Below are positions 52,829-60,792 of a DNA stretch of 64,000 bases, piece by piece (the first letter of the stretch is position 1; each line of letters opens with the position of its first letter). This DNA is from a virus. The DNA is taken from the IMG/VR virus record IMGVR_UViG_3300035142_000037, positions 1-64,000 of that record; one strand, given 5' to 3'. Position numbers and translations under genes: made by a program. The notes under the pieces are model-generated. The model had not been told where the DNA came from, ran no database searches, and saw only the letters and a list, made by a program, of their open reading frames with translations.

Positions 52829-53221
52829 ATGGAAGAAGACATACAACGATATCACCTATCACAGTTATTTAATTTTGCAGATCTAACACAGGCAAATGCA
52901 ATTATAGCACAATTGGGAATAGAAAAGTTACAACGATTCGATATGTGGGAATCCACGGATTACATAGTCGCTACCCTGGGACCTGGGGTGTACATGATCC
53001 TGGAAGGTAGAAAAGTTGTGTACGTGGGATGTGCAAAGGAGATGAGGACACGGGTAAAACAGCATGAAAAGAAAGGTGACAAACTACGGCCTGGGGAGTG
53101 GGTGGTAACCGTGAAAACCGTGGATTTCCAGCAGGCGAAAAAGCTGGAAACTAAATTAATGCCGGATATCAATCCGGTACGAAATAAGATAAAAGGGTTG
53201 TTTGGGAGGAAATATAAATGA
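52829..53221 (+). CDS. GIY-YIG domain protein
   Basis: 130 aa; GVYMI....VVYVG......R..QH pattern. Confidence 0.55.
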   Translation: MEEDIQRYHLSQLFNFADLTQANAIIAQLGIEKLQRFDMWESTDYIVATLGPGVYMILEGRKVVYVGCAKEMRTRVKQHEKKGDKLRPGEWVVTVKTVDFQQAKKLETKLMPDINPVRNKIKGLFGRKYK

Positions 53222-53448
53222 GCGAAGTATATGATTTTATAATAGCTAAAATATTAGAATATAAAGATGATGGGAAAACGGAATTACTTGAAAGAACAAA
53301 ACAGATTCAAAGATATAAACGAATAAAAAAGAAAATTATAAAAAAAATGGAAGAAGCAGGGATAAATTCAAGTAACATAAAGGTAGGAAAGACAGAACAG
53401 GCATGGTGGGAGTTTCTAAGTAAAAATCCTGAAAAGAATAATTACTGA
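53218..53448 (+). CDS. hypothetical protein
   Basis: 76 aa, ATGA overlap. Confidence 0.5.
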   Translation: MSEVYDFIIAKILEYKDDGKTELLERTKQIQRYKRIKKKIIKKMEEAGINSSNIKVGKTEQAWWEFLSKNPEKNNY

Positions 53449-53783
53449 TGGAGGAAAAAATGAACATACAGAAGCTAAAAGATATAAAAGAATCTATCAA
53501 AAACGAATGGGAAATAATACTATCAGGGATAGCTCTTATCCAGGATTCAAAAAACTATACAAAACGAATGCAGCATGGTATATCAAACCAGGAATATGAA
53601 CAAAAATGTATCAAGGCTACTAATGATATAGCTGCAATATTAATTAAGATGAAAGTATATGAGTCAGTACTTGCAGATACCTGGAGGGCACGGTTATTGA
53701 TAAAAGCAAACAAGATGCATAAAGCGTTGCTTAACCTAAAAGATGATAAGAAAGGGCTTGACAAAAAGATTGAAAAAAGATAG
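53448..53783 (+). CDS. hypothetical protein
   Basis: 111 aa; 3' end overlaps a promoter. Confidence 0.5.
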   Translation: MEEKMNIQKLKDIKESIKNEWEIILSGIALIQDSKNYTKRMQHGISNQEYEQKCIKATNDIAAILIKMKVYESVLADTWRARLLIKANKMHKALLNLKDDKKGLDKKIEKR

Positions 53784-53888
53784 ATTATGATAACAGATAC
53801 CTGGGGAATTAAGAAAGGCTTTAAGGCCGGATGGGTTTCCCCCAGGTAGCCCAACCCGTAAGGGAATCCGGCGTTAAAGCTTTTTTTA
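53758..53888 (+). promoter_or_regulatory. promoter TTGACA-17-TAGATT + leader L6 (interleaved helices, U-tract) upstream of tRNAs
   Basis: Helix A 53799-53806/53840-53847; helix B 53818-53832/53866-53880 (7+7 bp); U7; leader contains CCCAGGTAGCCCAAC resembling the 5' part of the next tRNA. Confidence 0.6.
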
Positions 53889-53889
53889 T

Positions 53890-53963
53890 GCCTGGGTAGC
53901 CCAACAGGAAGAGGCAACTGGTTTAAGCCCAGTAAAGTGGAAGTTCAAATCTTCTCCCAGGCA
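53890..53963 (+). tRNA. tRNA, anticodon UAA (Leu by anticodon) but class I (5-nt variable loop)
   Basis: Acceptor GCCTGGG/CCCAGGC, anticodon stem ACTGG/CCAGT, loop TTTAAGC, T-arm GGAAG-TTCAAAT-CTTCT, discriminator A. Confidence 0.75.
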
Positions 53964-53964
53964 A

Positions 53965-54038
53965 GCCGGAGTAGCCCAATTGGAAGAGGCGCTTGATTTA
54001 GGATCAAGAAGTTGTGAGTTCGAATCTCACCTTCGGTA
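53965..54038 (+). tRNA. tRNA, anticodon UAG (Leu by anticodon) but class I (5-nt variable loop)
   Basis: Acceptor GCCGGAG/CTTCGGT (two G-U pairs), anticodon stem CTTGA/TCAAG, loop TTTAGGA, T-arm GTGAG-TTCGAAT-CTCAC. Confidence 0.7.
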
Positions 54039-54040
54039 TA

Positions 54041-54126
54041 GGGAGTATATACCGTAAGTAGTAGCGGGGCTGACTGTAGATCAGTTGAGCTTAGTCTCTC
54101 GGGTGGTGCGACTCCATCTACTCCCA
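54041..54126 (+). tRNA. class II tRNA, anticodon GUA (Tyr-like), atypical T-loop
   Basis: Acceptor GGGAGTA/TACTCCC, anticodon stem GCTGA/TCAGT, loop CTGTAGA, long variable arm, T-loop TGCGACT, 4 nt between acceptor and D stem. Confidence 0.6.
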
Positions 54127-54140
54127 TATAAGGAGGTTAT

Positions 54141-54902
54141 ATGCGTTATTTACCAATAATCCTTGCACGTATGAATAGTACCCGATTACCCGGTAAAGTA
54201 ATGATGGACTTATGCGGGAAACCGGTATTAGAGCGGATAATTGAGAGAATAAGGAGAGTATCACAGATTGAGCATATATGTGTTGCTACAACTTTAAACA
54301 ATTGTGATAAAAAAATAATTGAGTTTTGCGTAGAAAAAGGAATTATATGGTTTGCTGGTAGCGAAAAAGATGTATTGCATAGATTTGTTACGGCTTCGCA
54401 AAATATAGAATCAGGAGGATATGAACATGATTACATCATAGATATCACTGCCGATTGTCCCCTTGCCTGCCCGGAAATAATTGGTAACCTTATTTATGCA
54501 TGTGAACGATACCAGCCTGATTATGCAAGTAATATAGGTGTGCGTTCTTTTTGTGATGGCTTTGATGTCCAGATTGTAAAAAAAGAAGTGCTGTACGATA
54601 TCTATGACAAAGTACAGCCTTACCATAGATGTCATAGTGCTTGGAATGTACTTGCCTATGCACAGGGAATCAAGGTTTATAATCTCACCCCGGCAAAACA
54701 AGAATACTGGATGCCGGAGGTAGGCTTAACTCTTGACACAGCTATGGATTTGGTAGTTATCAGGCAGATTTATGAACAATTTGAGCATCGGGATTATGTT
54801 TTCAACCATTACGATATATGTGAATTACTTCTTACACGTCCTGAAATACTGGATGTTAATAAGAACGTAAAGCGAAAAACGCCCGGAAAGGATGTGTCAT
54901 GA
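54141..54902 (+). CDS. NulO cytidylyltransferase-like protein (SpsF/PseF/NeuA family)
   Basis: 253 aa; N-terminal IILARMNSTRLPGKV...L.GKP motif; AAGGAGG SD 5 nt after tRNA. Confidence 0.8.
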   Translation: MRYLPIILARMNSTRLPGKVMMDLCGKPVLERIIERIRRVSQIEHICVATTLNNCDKKIIEFCVEKGIIWFAGSEKDVLHRFVTASQNIESGGYEHDYIIDITADCPLACPEIIGNLIYACERYQPDYASNIGVRSFCDGFDVQIVKKEVLYDIYDKVQPYHRCHSAWNVLAYAQGIKVYNLTPAKQEYWMPEVGLTLDTAMDLVVIRQIYEQFEHRDYVFNHYDICELLLTRPEILDVNKNVKRKTPGKDVS

Positions 54903-54981
54903 TAGCATGTATTGCAATAATATTATCTATAATAGCGATTTTGATTAATATACTCAGGTGTATTTTATAGCAGGAAGGGAA

Positions 54982-55947
54982 ATGGCAATAATGTATAATG
55001 TACTTATTATAGGATGTGGTTCAATCGGGGCACTTAAACCAGACAAGTATGATTCCCCGGATACTGAAAATATACTTACACATTGTCATGCGGTGAAGAA
55101 ACATGATAAGTTTAGACTATGGGGGGTAATGGATAGCGATTATGATAAAATGATGAAAGCTGCACGAAAATGGGGTTGTATGGGTTTTCCTGGATTCAAA
55201 GCTTTAGGGAAAATAGATGACGAAATAGATATTGCAGTAATAGCAACACCTATCGAAACACATTATCGCATTTACAGGAAGATAAAAGACCGGAATCTCA
55301 AGGCTATTATTATAGAAAAACCTTGCGGTATTGATTATGATATGTGTAATTTAATGAAAGGCGAAAGAGTGGTAGTCAATTATACCAGGCGGTTTCTTCC
55401 GAGATATAAAAATTTCAAGAAAGAATTTGAAAGCGGGGCATGTAAAATATTATCCTGTGTTGTGTATTATGTTCGGGGGCTTTTAAGAGATGGGTGCCAT
55501 GCTATTGATCTTTGTAGGTATTTTTTCGGGGAGATATTGGATGTCAAGAAGTTAAGCACTGGCCCGGACGATTATTCCCCGGATGATACAACCGATTGTA
55601 TATGGATGCAAGCTGAAAGATGCCCGAATATTGTTATAATCCCTGGAGATGGAAGAGTCGCAGACTGTTTTGATTTCGAGATTATGACAGATAAAGGAAT
55701 GATTTGCCTTTACGAACATGGTGCAAAGCTTTTTATAAGAGGAATTGAAAAGGAGAGAGTTTACGGTGATTATGATTCTTTAACCGGCAAGCAGATAAAG
55801 TATAATTTCGATATGGGCTTTAGCAGGCAGGCTTTATTATCTTTATATGATAATGTAGCCGGAGTTATTGAAGGCAAAGAAAAACCAATATGTACGGTGG
55901 AAGATGCACTGATAGTGCATGAAATTATAGAGAAAGTGAGGAATTAA
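54982..55947 (+). CDS. Gfo/Idh/MocA-family oxidoreductase
   Basis: N-terminal Rossmann VLIIGCGSIG; ATG at 54982 after AGGAAGGGA. Confidence 0.7.
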   Translation: MAIMYNVLIIGCGSIGALKPDKYDSPDTENILTHCHAVKKHDKFRLWGVMDSDYDKMMKAARKWGCMGFPGFKALGKIDDEIDIAVIATPIETHYRIYRKIKDRNLKAIIIEKPCGIDYDMCNLMKGERVVVNYTRRFLPRYKNFKKEFESGACKILSCVVYYVRGLLRDGCHAIDLCRYFFGEILDVKKLSTGPDDYSPDDTTDCIWMQAERCPNIVIIPGDGRVADCFDFEIMTDKGMICLYEHGAKLFIRGIEKERVYGDYDSLTGKQIKYNFDMGFSRQALLSLYDNVAGVIEGKEKPICTVEDALIVHEIIEKVRN

Positions 55948-57296
55948 TGCTATTTGATAACATAGAAAACCATGGGAAAAATAACCGGATAGATTACATG
56001 CCGGATCAGTATTATGGTGGATACACAAAGGAAGCGGCACATAGAATTGGTGATAAAATAGGAAAAATGACAGGCTATAATATTTATTCATACTATCGGG
56101 GTAATGGAAGTAAACATTTTTGGGGTGGCCTGGAAGTTCAGAAACTGGAAAAAGCTTTTGAGAAGTATCTTGGGGATGGGGTGAAATGTCTTGCTGTTAA
56201 TTCCTGTACATCTGCTCTTATAATAGCATGTGGAGCGGTAGGGATTGAGCCGGGTGATGAGGTAATTGTGAGTCCTTGGTCAATGTCCTGCTCTGCAACT
56301 GCACCGATGCATTACGGAGGAATCCCGGTATTTACGGATATTGAAGATCAGTATTTTTGTCTGGATCCGGATGATATTGAGAGAAAGATTACAGAAAAAA
56401 CAAAGGCAATTATAGCCGTGGACCTTTTCGGGCAGCCTGCGGATTATGAAACAATTTATGAAAAAATTGGAAATAAAAAGATAGATAGAATTATGAAAAT
56501 AGTAGATCAAAATAATATATATATTATTGAAGATGCAGCCCAGGCAATAGGCTCATTTAATTTGAGAAGAGGAAAAGAAGCCGGGACATTTGGGCATATA
56601 GGTTGTTTTTCTTTTACCCAGGGTAAACATATGACAGCCGGTGAGGGGGGTATGATTGTTACAAGGAATAAGGAACTTTATGCGAAATGTGCTTTATTAC
56701 GGAATCATGCAGAGGCGGTAATGAATGATCTTGATAGCGAATTCGAAAACGATACAATACATCCTGTCGGACAATATTCTAATCTTATAGGCTTTAATAT
56801 GCGTATGACAGAAATCCAAGCAGTTATACTACAAGAACAGTTGAAATATTTAGATGATATCGTGAAATTGCGAAAAAGAAATGTGCGATTGTTAATGAAA
56901 AATATGCCATCAACAATTTCATTATACCCAACCAGGAAAGGATATTCACACAGCTTTTATGTCATGCCCTTAAAATATACCGGGAAAGATATAAAACGAT
57001 TTGTAGACCTGGTAAAAAGAAATCTTAAACCAGAACGAAATCGAGTTGACAGGGGGGTCCCTATAGGAGCGGGATACATCAAGCCGCTTTATAAGTTTCC
57101 TTGTTTTCAAGGAACTAATATGCACTGGGCAATCAAGGAGCGGGATTATTCAAGGGTAAGTTGTCCGAACGCAGAACGTTTAAATGGTGAATTGATTATA
57201 TGCTTGCTTCATGGGCTGGATTTATCTGAACAAGATATTAAAGATATTTGCTATGCTTTTCAGAAAGCTGACGAAATTGTAAACGGAGGTTTATGA
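55947..57296 (+). CDS. DegT/DnrJ/EryC1-type PLP aminotransferase (PseC/LegC/SpsC-like)
   Basis: 449 aa; ..IEDAAQA.GS.. and SF...K..T.GEGG motifs; about 60 aa N-terminal extension. Confidence 0.85.
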   Translation: MLFDNIENHGKNNRIDYMPDQYYGGYTKEAAHRIGDKIGKMTGYNIYSYYRGNGSKHFWGGLEVQKLEKAFEKYLGDGVKCLAVNSCTSALIIACGAVGIEPGDEVIVSPWSMSCSATAPMHYGGIPVFTDIEDQYFCLDPDDIERKITEKTKAIIAVDLFGQPADYETIYEKIGNKKIDRIMKIVDQNNIYIIEDAAQAIGSFNLRRGKEAGTFGHIGCFSFTQGKHMTAGEGGMIVTRNKELYAKCALLRNHAEAVMNDLDSEFENDTIHPVGQYSNLIGFNMRMTEIQAVILQEQLKYLDDIVKLRKRNVRLLMKNMPSTISLYPTRKGYSHSFYVMPLKYTGKDIKRFVDLVKRNLKPERNRVDRGVPIGAGYIKPLYKFPCFQGTNMHWAIKERDYSRVSCPNAERLNGELIICLLHGLDLSEQDIKDICYAFQKADEIVNGGL

Positions 57297-57535
57297 TGCA
57301 TAATACATGGAAAGATAATTATGGAGAAATATGGGGCTTATTTTTTTGTGAAGGATTTGAAGAACATTGGCATAGATATGTAATAGAAAAATCTATGGAA
57401 TATGCAATAAAAGCATATGAAAAAGAAATGGAAAGACCCTGTAAAAAAATAGAATTTATATGTGTACTTGGTGATATTTTAGATCCTAATAAAACTTTTA
57501 ATAAACTGATAACAGAAAGTATTGAAAATTGGTAA
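57293..57535 (+). CDS. hypothetical protein
   Basis: 80 aa, ATGA overlap. Confidence 0.45.
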   Translation: MMHNTWKDNYGEIWGLFFCEGFEEHWHRYVIEKSMEYAIKAYEKEMERPCKKIEFICVLGDILDPNKTFNKLITESIENW

Positions 57536-57541
57536 TGACTA

Positions 57542-57655
57542 TTGACATAATAAAATATATATGTATAATGGTATTATCTCTTTGTAAGGGGTTATGGATG
57601 TACAGCCTAACCCCATCCATAATTACAGAGAGAAAGCTATTACAAGGAGAGAAAT
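57542..57655 (+). promoter_or_regulatory. internal promoter TTGACA-16-TATAAT + short structured leader
   Basis: GGGG+TTATGGAT ... CCCC+ATCCATAA arranged in the same interleaved order, no U-tract. Confidence 0.4.
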
Positions 57656-58480
57656 ATGGTAAAGTTTATATGTGATGTAGGATCTTGTCATAATCAATCT
57701 ATAAGCCGGGCTATTGAATTGATAGACCTTGCAAAAGCCTGTAAGGCATGGGCAATAAAATTACAATACTTCCAGGTAGAAAAGCTATATCATCCATCTG
57801 CTGATATAGTCTTTGAAGCCTTAAAAAAAATGGAGTTACCTCGTGAGTGGATACCAGAACTTTGTGAGTATGCAAAAAAGATAGGACTAGCAGTTGGTGT
57901 AACTTTCTTTCATACCGGGATAATGAACCAGTTTGCAGATTGCCGTTTTGATTTTATTAAGATAAGTTCATTTGACACTGGGAGGGATGATTTTATCCGG
58001 GAAGCTTTGATATACACTGACAAACGGCTCATCATAAGCACTGGGTTAATGACTATACCAGAAATAACCGTACTGAATGAGAAAATAGCCACATGGGAAA
58101 GTCAGCTTGCAATACCGCATAAAGAGTTGACTTTTTTGCATTGTGTTTCTGAATATCCGGCCAAAGATGCTTATATGGGATTTATGCTGAAAATGGTAAA
58201 AGAAGGCTGGAATGTAGGATATTCGGATCATACTGTTGATCATGTGAATATTATGAGAGCTGCTATTTTAGGCGCTGAATATATTGAGGTGCATATAGAT
58301 TTAGATGATAAATTAGGGATGGAAAATATAGGACATTGCTGGACTAAGAAAAAATTAAAAACGACGATAACAGCAATTAATTCTATGCAGTTGAATGACA
58401 AAGTCATCACAGATAAAATGCTTAAAAACAAGGCTGATCCGGGTGACGGGATGCGGCCGTTAAGGAGGTTTAGAAAATGA
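57656..58480 (+). CDS. NeuB/PseI/SpsE-like nonulosonic acid synthase (no C-terminal SAF domain)
   Basis: 274 aa; N-terminal I.DVGS.HN.S...A.ELI..A...A.AIKLQ pattern; shorter than typical NeuB. Confidence 0.7.
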   Translation: MVKFICDVGSCHNQSISRAIELIDLAKACKAWAIKLQYFQVEKLYHPSADIVFEALKKMELPREWIPELCEYAKKIGLAVGVTFFHTGIMNQFADCRFDFIKISSFDTGRDDFIREALIYTDKRLIISTGLMTIPEITVLNEKIATWESQLAIPHKELTFLHCVSEYPAKDAYMGFMLKMVKEGWNVGYSDHTVDHVNIMRAAILGAEYIEVHIDLDDKLGMENIGHCWTKKKLKTTITAINSMQLNDKVITDKMLKNKADPGDGMRPLRRFRK

Positions 58481-58641
58481 CAGAGTTAGGATTCTTAATA
58501 GGTATATCACCAATATTAATAGGATTTATGATGTTATTAATTTATATTTATTGTGAATTTTACAGACCTAAATATAGAAAGTTTAGGATAAAAAATGAAG
58601 ATGGTACATATGAGGATATTGAAATAAATATAAATGAATAA
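58477..58641 (+). CDS. small membrane protein
   Basis: 54 aa, ATGA-coupled, one TM helix. Confidence 0.4.
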   Translation: MTELGFLIGISPILIGFMMLLIYIYCEFYRPKYRKFRIKNEDGTYEDIEININE

Positions 58642-58650
58642 GGAAATATA

Positions 58651-59634
58651 ATGATTGATGGCAAAGAATTTCTTATAACCGGAGGTTCCGGGACACTCGG
58701 AAAAGAGCTGGTATATCAGATTAAGAAAGATTACAATCCCCGGGGAATACGTATATATTCCAGGGATGAATACAAACATCTGCTTGCCAAGGAATGGTTT
58801 TTGAGCCGGGGGATTAATCTTGAAAAAATAGAATTTATAATTGGGGATATAGCAGATTATACCCAGTTAAAACGGGTGATGTCCGGGGTTGATATAGTAA
58901 TTCATACCGCAGCACTAAAACAAGTACTTGCTTGTGAGGATAATCCAATAGAAGCGATACGGGTAAATATCATAGGCGCTGAAAATGTTGTAATGGCAGC
59001 ATGGGAAAATCAGATTGAACAAGTGATAAATATTGCAACTGATAAAGGGGTATACCCGGTAAACCTGTATGGAATGGGAAAAGCTATTGCAGAAAAGTTG
59101 ATGGTTTTCGGTGCAGTTTATACTGGGGGCCGGAAACCTTTTTTTAAATCTTGTCGTTATGGAAATGTAATCGGTTCTCGGGGTTCAGTAGTTCCCGTAT
59201 GGAAAAGGCAAGTGAAGGATACTGGAAAGATAACGATTACAAACAGAGAAATGACACGGTTTTTCATTCCCCTTGAAAAAGTGGCAAAGTTTATATTGGA
59301 AAGACTTCAGGAAAATGAAACCGGAAAAATATATGTGCCTAAAATGAAGTCAATACAAATGGGTGAGTTTGCAGACATGCTTTTTCCTGGGGTGCCACAG
59401 CAGGAAATAGGGATACGGCCAGGGGAAAAAATACATGAGATTATTATCACTGGGGAAGAAAACATATTCACGCAGAAAGTCAACAAGCATTATGTAATAG
59501 ATGCATATCGAATGAAAATAGACCGCTTTCCCTCGAAGGATTGGGAATCAGGACTTACCAGTTATGGTCTTGATTCTTATAATAACCCTGAAAGATGGGG
59601 GGAAGAGATTTTGAAGTATTGCAAAGGAGAATAA
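58651..59634 (+). CDS. UDP-sugar 4,6-dehydratase (PseB/CapD/FlaA1-like SDR)
   Basis: 327 aa; ITGGSGTLGKEL Rossmann motif and Y...K catalytic pair (YGMGKAIAEK). Confidence 0.85.
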   Translation: MIDGKEFLITGGSGTLGKELVYQIKKDYNPRGIRIYSRDEYKHLLAKEWFLSRGINLEKIEFIIGDIADYTQLKRVMSGVDIVIHTAALKQVLACEDNPIEAIRVNIIGAENVVMAAWENQIEQVINIATDKGVYPVNLYGMGKAIAEKLMVFGAVYTGGRKPFFKSCRYGNVIGSRGSVVPVWKRQVKDTGKITITNREMTRFFIPLEKVAKFILERLQENETGKIYVPKMKSIQMGEFADMLFPGVPQQEIGIRPGEKIHEIIITGEENIFTQKVNKHYVIDAYRMKIDRFPSKDWESGLTSYGLDSYNNPERWGEEILKYCKGE

Positions 59635-59769
59635 GATGGAATATAGAAATGATCTGGAAGAATTACAAAAAGAGATAGATGCTTTAAAGAAAGAAATACA
59701 ATTCATGTGGAAATATATAGAAGGAGATCAATCAGCAATAGGAGCAAGAAAGATATCTAAAATTTTGGA
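59623..59769 (+). repeat. direct repeat copy 2 (about 147 nt)
   Basis: Near-identical to 49235-49381. Confidence 0.85.
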
Positions 59770-59779
59770 TGGAAAATAA
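59636..59779 (+). CDS. small coiled-coil protein, copy 2 of a duplicated gene
   Basis: 47 aa; 4 mismatches in about 133 nt versus 49248-49391. Confidence 0.5.
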   Translation: MEYRNDLEELQKEIDALKKEIQFMWKYIEGDQSAIGARKISKILDGK

Positions 59780-59802
59780 ATAAAGTATTGTGAGGTGAAG
59801 GA

Positions 59803-60030
59803 ATGAGAATTGAAAAGGATAAATTGATTTTTGAAAGTGGTAAAATAGTACAGCCATACCAAGGAATTGTAGGAATCAATAATAGATTTGATATAACAGA
59901 GGGATATGATGGATATATAAGGGACACTCAGCTTGAATCTGAAACTGAATTATCGAAAGAAGAGTTAATAGAATTAGCTGATTATATGATAGGTTTATGG
60001 AAAAGATTTAAAGATGAGGTGAAAAAATGA
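59803..60030 (+). CDS. hypothetical protein
   Basis: 75 aa, GAGGTGAAGG SD. Confidence 0.45.
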   Translation: MRIEKDKLIFESGKIVQPYQGIVGINNRFDITEGYDGYIRDTQLESETELSKEELIELADYMIGLWKRFKDEVKK

Positions 60031-60605
60031 TTTACCAGAAAGATAATATAATATTAAGCCCATTTACAGATTTAGATGCATGGGATAGATATGCAACCTG
60101 GTTTGAAAAACCGGAAGTTGTAAAACTTACCAGCCACGGAATATTTCCGAAAAATATAAAAGATTTTGAAGAATATACAAGCAATAATGGTAATGGATAT
60201 ATTGTCTATAAAATTGAATGTGATATTGAAAAAGATAATCCAGAATATAATGCAAATTGGGAACATGTTGGTAATATATCCCTACAACAAATAAACTGGA
60301 TTAACCGATCTGCTGAACTTGCAATAATTATAGGTGAGAAGGATTACCATGGGAAAGGTATTGGAACCTATGCGGTAAAGTGCATGTTGTATCATGCTTT
60401 TATGAAGATGGGACTTAACCGGATATGGTCCGGGACAAGTGAAAAAAATATAGGTATGCAGAAGGTGTTTGAAAAGTGTGGTTTGGAAAGGGAGGGGATA
60501 TTTCGACAGGCTAAGTTTTTGAACGGTGAGTTTTCAGATATATGGGAATATGCCATTTTGAAGAATGATTTTGATTTAGGAAAGGAATTTTTATTTGATG
60601 AATAA
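60027..60605 (+). CDS. GNAT N-acetyltransferase (RimJ/PseH-like)
   Basis: 192 aa; ...HGKGIGT.A......A......R motif of GNAT motif A. Confidence 0.8.
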   Translation: MIYQKDNIILSPFTDLDAWDRYATWFEKPEVVKLTSHGIFPKNIKDFEEYTSNNGNGYIVYKIECDIEKDNPEYNANWEHVGNISLQQINWINRSAELAIIIGEKDYHGKGIGTYAVKCMLYHAFMKMGLNRIWSGTSEKNIGMQKVFEKCGLEREGIFRQAKFLNGEFSDIWEYAILKNDFDLGKEFLFDE

Positions 60606-60792
60606 GAAATTGGAAAATAAAATAGATATAATATGTAAAATAAGTGAAATAAGAAATAAAAATAATGAATGTTGGATGAGTATACTAAAGGTTGCCTTTA
60701 AATATGCCCCAGAAGAAGCAAAAAAGATTTTTCAGAAAATAACAAAAAATGACCGGAAAATAAATGAACTATCAAAGGAGTTATGTGAATGA
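60595..60792 (+). CDS. hypothetical protein
   Basis: 65 aa, overlaps both neighbours. Confidence 0.45.
   Translation: MMNKKLENKIDIICKISEIRNKNNECWMSILKVAFKYAPEEAKKIFQKITKNDRKINELSKELCE

Noticed and set aside
53890-54038. Suppressor tRNAs or stop-codon recoding, because the anticodon loops contain TAA and TAG
   Set aside because: Anticodons UAA and UAG decode UUA and CUA (Leu), not stop codons; suppressors would be UUA or CUA. All large genes are intact ORFs under the standard code, so there is no sign of recoding.
57570-57655. Sixth member of the terminator-leader family
   Set aside because: It shows the interleaved order (GGGG, TTATGGAT, CCCC, ATCCATAA), but the helices are short and no U-tract follows, so it is listed only as a possible variant.
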